Numbered from the stretch's first letter, positions 33,993 to 43,339 are shown. The stretch: DNA of 64,000 nt from Waterburya sp. (GCA_965217895.1 CBDCJV010000002.1:800001-864000); one strand, 5' to 3'. The notes: generated by a model from the sequence alone, not told the origin. A program made the numbers and translations.

Positions 33993-35201
33993 TTGCCCAA
34001 CCTTTATTCTGAAATCGCTTTGAATCAATCTATCGCTTCAAATCTAACCAAGTTATACATTTTGCGAGGACTAGCTTTTGCTTGGTTTCCTATTCCGACT
34101 ATTGTTTTATTTTACGAGAGTCATGGACTGAATTTAGAACAGGTAGTCTTACTTAAAACCATCTTATCCTTATCAATTTTGGTGCTAGAAGTGCCATCGG
34201 GATACTTAGCTGATGTTTGGAGTAGAAAAGCCTGTCTAGTTGTGGGTAGTGGGGTTTGGGTTAGTAGCTGGCTAATTTACTGTTTGGGAAGTTCTTTTAG
34301 CGAATTTGCGATCGCCGAAATATTAGCAGGAGTAGCAGGAAGTCTGATTTCAGGGGCGGACACTGCTCTAAGTTTTGATAGCTTATTGCAGTTAGGCAGA
34401 GAAAAATATTATCAAATTTGGGAAGGAAGACTAGTTGCGATCGCTGGCATTACTGAGGCGGTATGTGGCATTATTGGTGCTGCGATCGCTTCTGTTAATC
34501 TAGTTTATCCTTTTTATCTCCAGACAGTTTGTTTAGTTATTTATTTTTGTTTGGCATTAACTTTAGTTGAGCCTGAGTGTCATCAGCCTATTGCTAAAAA
34601 TCAGAAATTAGGGCAGCTTAAAAGTATTATTCTTGATGTATTCAAACGTCCCCGTCTACGATGGCTGATTTTGTTGAGCGGTACTTTTTCTAGTGCTAGC
34701 TTTTTAATTGTTTGGTTGTCTCAGGACTATTTAAAACTATTAAATATACCCATTCAGGCTTTTGGTTGGGCGTGGGCAATATTTCATCTGGGTATGAGTT
34801 TGGCTTCGGTTAATACTCATCATTTTGAACGTATCTTAGGCATCAAAAAAGCTACTTTGATTTTGGTTTTATTGCTAGCTTTTGCTTATATTGCTCTGGG
34901 CAGTATTGAGCAAGTCTGGGGAATAGCTTTTATTATGATTATCTATTTAGTTAGGGGTTTTTCTTCCCCACTAATTCTTAACGCTATTAATCAGCAAATT
35001 TCCTCTTCCGTGCGTGCTACCATTCTTTCGATTAATAGCTTAGTATTTCGGATTGGTTTTGCTGTTGTTGCGCCGATAGTTGGCGCGATCGCATCACGCT
35101 ATAATCTATTTACAGGCTTAACTACTGCTGGTTGCTTGTTTCTAATTTCAGGCTTATTTTGTTGGTGGCAATTAGTTAACAACAAGGCATTTTATGGTTG
35201 A
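33993..35201 (+). CDS. MFS transporter
   Basis: About 12 TM segments; EVPSGYLADVWSRK. Confidence 0.88.
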   Translation: MPNLYSEIALNQSIASNLTKLYILRGLAFAWFPIPTIVLFYESHGLNLEQVVLLKTILSLSILVLEVPSGYLADVWSRKACLVVGSGVWVSSWLIYCLGSSFSEFAIAEILAGVAGSLISGADTALSFDSLLQLGREKYYQIWEGRLVAIAGITEAVCGIIGAAIASVNLVYPFYLQTVCLVIYFCLALTLVEPECHQPIAKNQKLGQLKSIILDVFKRPRLRWLILLSGTFSSASFLIVWLSQDYLKLLNIPIQAFGWAWAIFHLGMSLASVNTHHFERILGIKKATLILVLLLAFAYIALGSIEQVWGIAFIMIIYLVRGFSSPLILNAINQQISSSVRATILSINSLVFRIGFAVVAPIVGAIASRYNLFTGLTTAGCLFLISGLFCWWQLVNNKAFYG

Positions 35202-35605
35202 TAACCAAAAGTAACTAAAAAGCTTTCAATTTTGGTTATTCTGTCTTCTAAACTCAATTTCTGAGAGTTAGAATCAGATATTTTTTGCGCAACAGTAATA
35301 AAATCTGACCAGCTACGACCATATTTTTGCTTACCGTATCTTTTTTGATATGCTGCTTTAGCATTTTTTAAACTGCCGTACTTTTCAAGAAAATATTGCT
35401 TATCTAAACTATTGTCGGAGCTAATAACAATTACTTTTGAGTTACTAACATTTAAACCAGCTTGATGTTGCTCATTAGCAATATTATGCTCTTGTTCGGT
35501 TAATTCTTGAGCAGCGATTAAAGCTGTCTTTTTAAAAGCGCGATCGTATTTATCAGCACTGGCTTTTAACTCGTCTCTAATTTGTTTTAATTGATTGAGT
35601 ACCAT
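35192..35605 (-). CDS. Hypothetical protein
   Basis: 137-aa ORF 13 bp downstream of, and co-oriented with, the next gene. Confidence 0.7.
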   Translation of the reverse strand: MVLNQLKQIRDELKASADKYDRAFKKTALIAAQELTEQEHNIANEQHQAGLNVSNSKVIVISSDNSLDKQYFLEKYGSLKNAKAAYQKRYGKQKYGRSWSDFITVAQKISDSNSQKLSLEDRITKIESFLVTFGYQP

Positions 35606-35618
35606 GAGTTTTAACTAC

Positions 35619-36023
35619 TTAATTTCCATCTAATAAACTACGACCTATAGATGCTTGATCGGTAAACATCCAATTTTTTTGAGGATCTATTTCCCAGTTT
35701 TTATTAATTATTTCTTCATCAAAAAGTAGTCTTTCTGCTTCTTGAATAAGATCAACCTTATTAGCATCAGTTTTCTTATTGTAGCGATAGCAAACTTCCT
35801 TGAACTCATCAATATTAGTACTTGTTACATCTAATTTTGACAATGCTCGATCTCTATCTTCTTTTGCCTGTGTAGCCTCGACTACATTTTTTAATAGCTC
35901 TTGCTGCCGCTTTAAATTGAGTGTGTTAACTCTATTTTCTAAGGTCTTTAATGTCCCTTTGATACCAATAAAATTATCTTTAAATTTATCTATTTTTTTG
36001 ATTATTCCTTTACGATCTAACAT
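35619..36023 (-). CDS. Hypothetical coiled-coil protein (paralog 1)
   Basis: Clear similarity to the 36121-36447 ORF. Confidence 0.75.
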   Translation of the reverse strand: MLDRKGIIKKIDKFKDNFIGIKGTLKTLENRVNTLNLKRQQELLKNVVEATQAKEDRDRALSKLDVTSTNIDEFKEVCYRYNKKTDANKVDLIQEAERLLFDEEIINKNWEIDPQKNWMFTDQASIGRSLLDGN

Positions 36024-36120
36024 AATTCTTACATTAAAATACTGTTAGTCTATCGTAAAATTTCTAATAAAGAGTATCTATGTTTAAGATCACATTTTTA
36101 GAGCGATCTGAATCTTAAAA

Positions 36121-36447
36121 TCACTCCTCAAAAAATAATTCATTGTCAAATAATGTTTTGTTCGCGTCGAAAAGCACATCTTTTTTACTAGCATAAGTCA
36201 TCTTATTAGAATTATCGCAAGCTTTCTTAAACTCCTCAATTTTATCAATTATTACATCTAATTCTGAAAATGCTCGGTCTCTATCTTCTGCTGCCTGTCT
36301 AGCATCAACTCCAGCTTTTAATAGTTCTTGCTGGTTTGACTTGAGTGTGCGAACTCTATTTTTTAAGGTCTTTAATGCCCCTTTGACACCAATAAAATTC
36401 TCTTTGACTTTTTCTATCTCTTGTATTATTTCTTTGCGGTCTAACAT
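36121..36447 (-). CDS. Hypothetical coiled-coil protein (paralog 2, C-terminally shorter)
   Basis: MLDRKEIIQEIEKVKENFIGVKG versus MLDRKGIIKKIDKFKDNFIGIKG. Confidence 0.7.
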   Translation of the reverse strand: MLDRKEIIQEIEKVKENFIGVKGALKTLKNRVRTLKSNQQELLKAGVDARQAAEDRDRAFSELDVIIDKIEEFKKACDNSNKMTYASKKDVLFDANKTLFDNELFFEE

Positions 36448-36615
36448 TGTACTTGTAGTAAGATACTGTTAGTCCATCGTAAAAGTTCCAATCAAGAGTA
36501 TATATGTTCGCGATCGCACTTTTAAAGCGATCTGAATCCAAAATCGCTTTTCAAAAAATACTGTCGAAGCATTTTAATATTATAAAAAGGACTGTTAATA
36601 ATTAATAATTGATAA

Positions 36616-37320
36616 TTGACTTATCGTTTAGTAGTTAAATCTCAACAAATACAAGAGCATAAAATAACTTTAGATGCTCAACAGCAACACTATTTATTGC
36701 GAGTATTGCGGTTAGGGAATGGCGATCGCTTTATAGCCCTCGATGGTGCTGGAAACTCTTGGTTGGCAGAAATTACGGCTCAATCAGCACAAATTATTGA
36801 ACCAGTTGCTATCAAAACAGAACTGTCTGTATCTGTGACTCTCATTACTGCTTTACCCAAAGGAAGCGGTTATGAACAGGTGGTGCGCTGCTGTACAGAA
36901 TTGGGAGTAAACAATTTTATGCCTGTAATCAGCGATCGCACTATTCTTAAGCCTAGTCTCAATAAAGTTCAACGCTGGCGCAAAATTGCCATTGAAGCAG
37001 TAGAACAGTCTGAAAGACAAATTGTTCCGAATGTTTTTGAGCCTGAAAAGTTTACTTTGGCAATTAATCGCCTTTCAGCTAACCAAGACAAATATATTTG
37101 CGTAACGCGAGGAGATACACCGACTCTCTGGAATTGTTTACCAGCTAGAACTCAGCCAGAAATAGTTATTGCCACAGGCTGCGAAGGTGGTTGGACAGAT
37201 GAAGAATTAGAAAAAGCGATTGCCGTTGGTTTTCAACCTGTATCTTTAGGCGATCGCATTCTCCGCGCCGTTACTGCACCTATAGTTGTCTGTTCTTTAG
37301 TTGTCGCTGTTTTAGAGTAG
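36616..37320 (+). CDS. rsmE: 16S rRNA m3U1498 methyltransferase
   Basis: Motifs HYLLRVLRL, TELGV, EAVEQSER, GCEGGW and LGDRILRA. Confidence 0.95.
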   Translation: MTYRLVVKSQQIQEHKITLDAQQQHYLLRVLRLGNGDRFIALDGAGNSWLAEITAQSAQIIEPVAIKTELSVSVTLITALPKGSGYEQVVRCCTELGVNNFMPVISDRTILKPSLNKVQRWRKIAIEAVEQSERQIVPNVFEPEKFTLAINRLSANQDKYICVTRGDTPTLWNCLPARTQPEIVIATGCEGGWTDEELEKAIAVGFQPVSLGDRILRAVTAPIVVCSLVVAVLE

Positions 37321-37361
37321 AAAAAGCATTTCTTCATTCCTCATCTTTTATCTCTTTTTTT

Positions 37362-37375
37362 GTAACACTCAATAC
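37362..37375. promoter_or_regulatory. Possible NtcA box (GTA-N8-TAC)
   Basis: GTAacactcaaTAC upstream of the DUF3747 gene; no well-spaced -10 seen. Confidence 0.25.
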
Positions 37376-37458
37376 GAAACAATTACTAATTAAAAGAGGA
37401 CGAAATCGTAATTTTGAGCTTTAATCTAAATCGATACAGCATTTTTTCCAGAGATACT

Positions 37459-38757
37459 ATGAAATTATCAAAAAAGTTAAAGTTAGCAGCAGTTTTCTTG
37501 AGTGCGATCGCGCTAACAAGTCCTTTACCTGCTGCTTTGGCACAATTTAGTGCAGCACCTATCCCAGCGGATCAAGTAGTAGCCGTGGCAGTTCCCGCAG
37601 GGGCAATCGGCTACAGTTTAACAATAGTGCAGCAAATTCCTGGTAAACAGCAGTGTTTTGCTGAAAAAGGTTCTCAACCAACAATTATCGAGCCACTCTG
37701 GACGACTTTTGACTTTACCAATAGCTGTCTTCGTTCTACAGATAGTAATGGCTATTCAGTAAGTCTAGATGGGCAGGATAATGGACTAGACTATCGGCTA
37801 GACGTTGTTCCTAAAGGAAACGAACTCCAACTAGTTGCCAACAGCTACCAAGATCGTTCTAAACTGGTGGTAGGTCAGACCTTTGGTAAACCTCCCAAGG
37901 GAGAATATGCCAAAATTCAGTTAAATCCAGGTTGGGAATTAACCAAAAAAGTATATCAAGGAAAAGTTTTAGGAGCTTTTTTGCTTAGTGGCGATACACA
38001 GGCGATCGCAGCAGCAGGTGGTACAGTTCCCCAACCTAGTGCCAATTTTAGCGATATTGCCAACGATATCTACAAAAAAGAGATTGAACAAGCTGTCGCC
38101 CTAGGATTTATTGCTGGTTACAAGGACAAAACTTTCCGTCCTACAGAACCTCTAACCAGAGAACAATTAGTATCAATGGCTTATGGTTCATTAGAAACGG
38201 TTAAAAGCGTACAGCTTGCTCCCCTTCCTTCCGTTCCTACTCAGCCTTATGCTGATGTTGATTCTTCTCGCTGGAGTGCTGCTAAAATTCAATGGGCTAA
38301 AGAAAACGATATTGTTAAAGGTTATCCTGATGGTTCATTTAAACCAGAACAACCTGTAACTAGAGCCGAGTTAGTTGTAGTGTTACAAAATCTAGCTAAG
38401 TTTGCTAATACCAAAGAGGGCAAACCAGCAGAATTAAAACCTACTCAGCAACCCAAGGCTTTTTCTGACACCGCAAATCATTGGGCTAGTCAAACTATTC
38501 AAACTATGTCAGCCTATTGTGGAGTAGCTTCAGCGTATCAAGAAATGGGTAATGCTTTCCAGCCTGATACCCCAGCAGCCAGAGATTACGCAGCAGCAGC
38601 AACCCTCAGAACTCAAGAGTGTTTAACAGGTGGAAAACCTAAAGGGGAAATGAATATGAAAGAGGGTATGCAGGACAACATGAAAAAAGATGAGATGAAT
38701 ATGCAAGAAGGTATGCAGGACAATATGAAAAAGGATGAGATGAATATGAACAAATAA
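37459..38757 (+). CDS. DUF3747 plus S-layer homology domain exported protein with Met-rich tail
   Basis: Signal peptide; FDFTNSCLRSTDSNGYS; SLH motifs GYKDKTFRP...TRE and GYPDGSFKPEQPVTRAE. Confidence 0.88.
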   Translation: MKLSKKLKLAAVFLSAIALTSPLPAALAQFSAAPIPADQVVAVAVPAGAIGYSLTIVQQIPGKQQCFAEKGSQPTIIEPLWTTFDFTNSCLRSTDSNGYSVSLDGQDNGLDYRLDVVPKGNELQLVANSYQDRSKLVVGQTFGKPPKGEYAKIQLNPGWELTKKVYQGKVLGAFLLSGDTQAIAAAGGTVPQPSANFSDIANDIYKKEIEQAVALGFIAGYKDKTFRPTEPLTREQLVSMAYGSLETVKSVQLAPLPSVPTQPYADVDSSRWSAAKIQWAKENDIVKGYPDGSFKPEQPVTRAELVVVLQNLAKFANTKEGKPAELKPTQQPKAFSDTANHWASQTIQTMSAYCGVASAYQEMGNAFQPDTPAARDYAAAATLRTQECLTGGKPKGEMNMKEGMQDNMKKDEMNMQEGMQDNMKKDEMNMNK

Positions 38758-38793
38758 TTAGCGTCAATCGCAGCTAATTGTTACAACCAAAAA

Positions 38794-38817
38794 AGAGAGT
38801 CTTTAAGTAGACTCTCT
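38794..38817. terminator. Hairpin between convergent genes
   Basis: agagagtct-ttaagt-agactctct with a flanking A-tract. Confidence 0.55.
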
Positions 38818-38924
38818 AAACGGCAATTAAGCCATTAGCTATTAATCTTATTTGCTTTGCTTTTTGTAGTCAGGGGGCAAAAAACTACTAACCACGAACT
38901 ACTCACTACCTACTTATTTTGCTT

Positions 38925-39527
38925 TTAGCCAACTGAAGAGAAATAAACTTTAGATTTTACTGGATCGGGATTCATGGTTTGATCTCCTTCTTGCCATCCC
39001 GCAGGACAAACTTCATTGGGATTATTCTGTACGTGTTGAATCGCTTTTAAGGTACGTAAAGTTTCATCGACGCTACGACCAAAGGAAAGGTTGTTAATCG
39101 TTGCGTGTTGAATTATGCCCTCTTTATCAATAATAAATAATCCTCTTAAAGCTACTCCAGCTTCAGGATCTAAAACATTATAGGCATTGCTAATTTCTTT
39201 TTTAATATCAGAAACCAAAGGATAAGCAATATCACCAATACCGCCTTCTTTGCGCTCAGTTTGCATCCAGGCTAGATGAGCAAATTCACTATCTACGGAT
39301 ACGCCCAAAATTTCTGTATTTAAAGACTCAAACTCTCCATGGCGATCGCTGAAGGCGATAATTTCAGTAGGGCAAACAAAAGTAAAATCTAAAGGATAGA
39401 AAAACAAGACAGTATACTGACCACGATAATCAGAAAGCTTTACCGTCTTAAATTCTTGATCGAATACAGCCGTAGCCATAAATTCAGGTGCTTCTTGCCC
39501 TACTCTTAAACATCCTTCACTGTTCAT
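38925..39527 (-). CDS. 2-Cys peroxiredoxin (AhpC/TSA)
   Basis: Motifs [14 protein letters not shown] and EVCPAGW. Confidence 0.97.
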   Translation of the reverse strand: MNSEGCLRVGQEAPEFMATAVFDQEFKTVKLSDYRGQYTVLFFYPLDFTFVCPTEIIAFSDRHGEFESLNTEILGVSVDSEFAHLAWMQTERKEGGIGDIAYPLVSDIKKEISNAYNVLDPEAGVALRGLFIIDKEGIIQHATINNLSFGRSVDETLRTLKAIQHVQNNPNEVCPAGWQEGDQTMNPDPVKSKVYFSSVG

Positions 39528-40631
39528 AATTAACACAATATTTTTTTAGCAATCTGTAAAGCCAACGAGCCGTGTAGCCAGTTGTTTTTCCAATAATCAA
39601 TTTACCAAACTTTCGCTTGACTTGGTTTTTGTTTAGTGAACCAACGCTAACATTATTGTTCCAACTAGCTTTAAACATGGCTTCCATTAACATTAATTGA
39701 TTAGTTAATTCTTGTCCATCGATATAAGGCTTAAGATTAGTAGACACTTAAATGCTGCCATACTCTCAAACTTTTCGATGGGATAAACCTGAGATAGCAG
39801 TAACGCTCTTAATGTCAAATTAAAGTTGAATTGGTCAAAAACCAAGTTGTATTGTTTAAATTGAGAATTGTAAACTAGGATAAACAATTCTTTCTCAATT
39901 GCTAAATGCTGCAAATCAATGTCATCAATAGTTTGCGCTAGCCAGCGGGTAAATTGACTGATAGAAATGCCATAGCTCTTTGCCACACTTTTTTTGTACC
40001 TACTACCCCAATAGTTACTATGGTTTTTTAACTGTCTTTTTCTACCAGCTAGCCAGCACCACAACGCCCGTCTACCATCGCTTAGACGATTTGTGGCAAC
40101 ACCAATAGCTTCTGGAAACTCACGAGCTCACTGTTGTCTTGCACGATTAAGCAACGGGTTTTGAAACCTAGCCAAAGATTTTAACTGCAAAAACAGTTCT
40201 CGCATACGTGCTATTGGCGTAGGATTAAAAGAGATAAAGTAATTTTGTTTGCCATAATAAATATGAGCATAGCAAGCGATCGCCATCGCCTCTGCTAAAT
40301 CGTTTTTATCAGGTAAGTTGTTTTGTCGTCTGTAGCTAACAGCTTGGGTATGTCCTACCCAAAGAACTTCTACCTTTTCTCGTTCGGCAATATGCGCTAC
40401 TAACCATGAGTAGTGCATACCTGTCGGTTCTAATGCAATCGCATCAGGCTTTTGAGCTAATAAGCCAGCTATACCACTGTCGGTGAAATAAAACGTAAAC
40501 TCATCTAGTTTAGGATCTTTACTGCGTTGCTTTGATTCTTTTTTCCAATAAGCTTTTACGTCATTGGGTAAAGTCTCAAGTGACCAACAAACAGCACGAT
40601 CCTTGCAAATATCAATGCCGATAATTTTCAT
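39517..40631 (-). pseudogene. IS110-family transposase/recombinase, long form, disrupted
   Basis: N-terminal DEDD RuvC-like motifs MKIIGID, ALEPTGMHY and DKNDLAEA. An in-frame TGA at 40128-40130 continues in frame (AREFPEA...). A frame change follows AAFKC (about 39745), and no SG catalytic-serine motif is visible. Confidence 0.8.
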
Positions 40632-40644
40632 ATTTAATTGTCGT

Positions 40645-40964
40645 GGTGCTACATAACACAGGGATTTATCGCGTCTTACCAATGTCAATAAGGTCAAGAA
40701 TCTCCCTAGATCACTCGTTGCGATCAATTCACTGTCAAACCTAGACATGGAGTAGCCAGAAAAAAGTAGCTCAGTCAGGAAGGATGAAAACCTTACGCTC
40801 ACTTCTGTAGGAAACTTACACTACTTTTTTTAAGGCGGCTTTTTGAATGATTAAAAACGCGCCTTGCTACTAACTGAGATTACTCCCAGGCGAAAAGAAT
40901 CGCGAACACTTCCCGCGACATCAAATATCTTGATGTTTTGATCGCCCGTCCAAGGCAAATCTCA
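40645..40964 (-). ncRNA. Candidate structured RNA (bridge/seekRNA-like) upstream of the IS110 gene
   Basis: Nested helices found by eye: 40964-58/40881-75, 40865-60/40837-32, 40830-21/40769-60, 40756-52/40652-48 and 40707-03/40664-60. Two internal loops with ~10-nt strands. Confidence 0.6.
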
Positions 40965-41159
40965 TCAGGCGGTTATTTTTGTTGTGGCTTTAATACGGGA
41001 GATGATTGATACATCAATATCATTTTCTGTGATGGTTAAAAAGCCTTCATCAAAAGCAATGCAGTAAACCCATTTACCTTGATATGAATAAGTTTTGCTG
41101 ACAACCTTTCCTACAGTTCCAGGAATGCGATCGCCAATCTCATATTTCGGTTTGTTCAT
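40965..41159 (-). CDS. Small hypothetical protein, possible SH3/KOW-like beta fold
   Basis: Pattern PKYEIGDR..GTVGKV....W.YCI; 5 bp downstream of the preceding ORF's stop. Confidence 0.6.
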   Translation of the reverse strand: MNKPKYEIGDRIPGTVGKVVSKTYSYQGKWVYCIAFDEGFLTITENDIDVSIISRIKATTKITA

Positions 41160-41326
41160 ATCCGTTACTGTTGTCGAAGCTTGCTTAACATAAATTTGAT
41201 TTCAGCTAAACGCGATCGCTTTTGTTCGATTGTCAAAAATTGAAGTTCTAGTAGAGCATCAATATATGCCTCCTGGACTACTTCAGTTGTTTGATACGGA
41301 AGATGTTCAATTACAGTTACCAGTAA

Positions 41327-42450
41327 TACCAATTCTCCATGAAGATGCAATAAATTAATAATGGTGACACGGTGAGGAAAAATGGGAAATAAATTTCAGG
41401 TAGAAGTTAAAGAAAGTAAAGAAGAATTGAGACATCGATTGCATCATTCAGTTACCGCTAGCAGTAGAGAAAGATTACAGATGCTGTATTGGCTAAAACA
41501 AGACGCGATCGCGCTCGTGAAAAGAACTATCTCAAAAATTGAGTAGGGATGAATCCACCGTATATCGATGGCTTAAAAGATATCGCCAAGGAGGTCTTTC
41601 AAATCTACTGTCTGTAAAAACTCCTCCAGGCAAGAAAAGTAAAATTGACGCTCAAGAAATGAATCAGCTCAAAGAACGTTTAAGTCAACCTCAAGGATTC
41701 AAAAGTTATGGAGAAATTCAAGAGTGGCTCAATCAGGAACTTGGTATAGATCTTGCTTACAAAAGCGTACATAAAATTGTTCGCTATAAACTAAAAGCCA
41801 AACCGAAAGTACCACGTCCACAAAGTCCCCAAGCCAAACCTCAAGTTCAAGATGCCTTTAAAAAAAACTAAAAGACATCATAAAAGTGTTAATTAACTAT
41901 TTGGCTACAGGTCAACCAGTTCGTTACTGGTGTCAGGATGAAAGCCGTTTGGGACTTAAGACATTAGCAGGAAAAATAATTACTTTACAAGGTATCAAAC
42001 CTCAAGGAACTATGGGATGGCAGAGAGACAACTTTTATCTTTATGGGCTAGTCGAACCTTTGAGCGGAGAAAGTTTCTTTTGGGAGTTTTCTCATCTTGA
42101 TAGTCTTTGTTTCCAGCATTTTTTAGATCTGTTTTCTCAAAACTATGCCGATAGCCTAAATTTAATTCAAATGGACAATGGCAGCTTTCATAAATCTCAT
42201 CAATTAAAATGGGCTGATAACATCATTCCAATTTTTCAACCTGCTCATAGTCCTGAACTTAATCCCATCGAACGTTTATGGGAACATATTAAAAGTAAAT
42301 TAGCTTGGGAATACTGCGATAGCTTAACTCAGTTAAGAACAAAATTAAAGCAGGTTCTTGATTCTATTTCCGAAGAAATGATTGCTTCTATTTGCGGATG
42401 GGACTATATTAAATCCGCTTTATTAAGTGCAACTTCATAGAGAATTGGTA
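41327..42450 (+). mobile_element. IS630-family insertion sequence
   Basis: 23-bp TIRs taccaattctccatgaagatgca / tgcaacttcatagagaattggta (2 mismatches), flanked by TAA on both sides. Confidence 0.92.
41382..42440 (+). pseudogene. IS630 transposase (HTH orfA plus DDE orfB) with an extra frameshift near 41515
   Basis: MGNKFQVEVKES... then STVYRWLKRY in another frame; slippery TTTAAAAAAAAC before the orfA stop; motifs QDES, MDNG and SPELNPIERLW. Confidence 0.85.
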
Positions 42451-42525
42451 TAACAAAATATTTTCTTCGTATTCGCTAATTTGAAAGCTGCGATCGCCTA
42501 GTTCATATTTTGGTTTATTCATCTT

Positions 42526-42986
42526 CACCATTATGACATCCAAAGCTGTGATGCAAACACCTATAGCTAAGGGAATGCCGAACAATAGTTCTAAAGCGAT
42601 CGCACTGCAGACTAACTCTGCTGAATCACAAGCGGCGATCGCAATCTCACACAAAATCCACAGGAAAAAGCTGACGCGCGGACTGTAGTTGTCACGACAG
42701 GCTTGTGCCAAATCTCGTCCCGTTGCCACGCCCAGCTTGACACAAAGAGCCTGCAACACGATCGCCATCGGTTAGAGAGTAAGATAACACTCAGCAGCAT
42801 ATAGCCAAATTGAGCGCCGCCAGCTAAGTCAGTTGCCCAGTTGCCAGGATCCATGTAGCCTACCGCAACGAGGTATCCAGGTCCTGCATAAGCCAACATT
42901 TTGCGCCAAAAGCCTTTACCGTTGGGAATAGCAATCGTGCGATGTACTTCTGGCAAACTGGGTTGCTGTTTAGAAACGTCATTCAT
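42526..42986 (-). pseudogene. mntH: Nramp Mn2+ transporter, frameshifted and 3'-truncated
   Basis: [19 protein letters not shown], frameshift near 42770, EIAIAACD; homology ends at ITALDVI. Confidence 0.9.
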
Positions 42987-42990
42987 TTCT

Positions 42991-43009
42991 TTCTCATATT
43001 CTTCTCATA
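42991..43009 (-). promoter_or_regulatory. ManR-type direct-repeat binding site
   Basis: Minus strand TATGAGAAGAATATGAGAA directly upstream of mntH, closely resembling the cyanobacterial ManR box as recalled. Confidence 0.75.
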
Positions 43010-43339
43010 ATTTAATCTAACATACCTGATTGTCTGAAACACTAATTTTCTAAAAGACAATGATTACAAAAAGATTTGATTTACCTTCTTTTAATTAGCG
43101 ATCGCCTTTGAGTTTTGTAAGAATCATGTTTCAGAAGAATAAAAAAAACCAAAAAGAGCAGCTTGCGTATGTCTTTGCTCTGGTAATCTAGACCTGATAG
43201 GGAATGAAAATTGCGATAAATGTTATCATCTTTAAGTTGTAATCAATGCAGAATATAGCTACAAAGTAAGAAGAGCTATTCCGTTGTTCTGGAATTTCAA
43301 TTATCAATACAATAACTACAAGAGTAAAGATCGCATACC

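Larger units (their letters stand above)
41165..42522 (-). pseudogene. 76-aa hypothetical ORF split by IS630
   Basis: Removing the IS and one TAA copy joins [24 protein letters not shown] to LVTVIEHLPY...KLRQQ in frame. Confidence 0.65.

Noticed and set aside
40632..40802. 57-aa N-terminal extension of the IS110 ORF in the ORF track
   Set aside because: Family similarity begins at MKIIGID (40631), and the extension overlaps the structured non-coding region.
40645..40964. TIGR-Tas-type guide array
   Set aside because: No periodic short repeat units are visible; the region looks like a single multi-domain fold.
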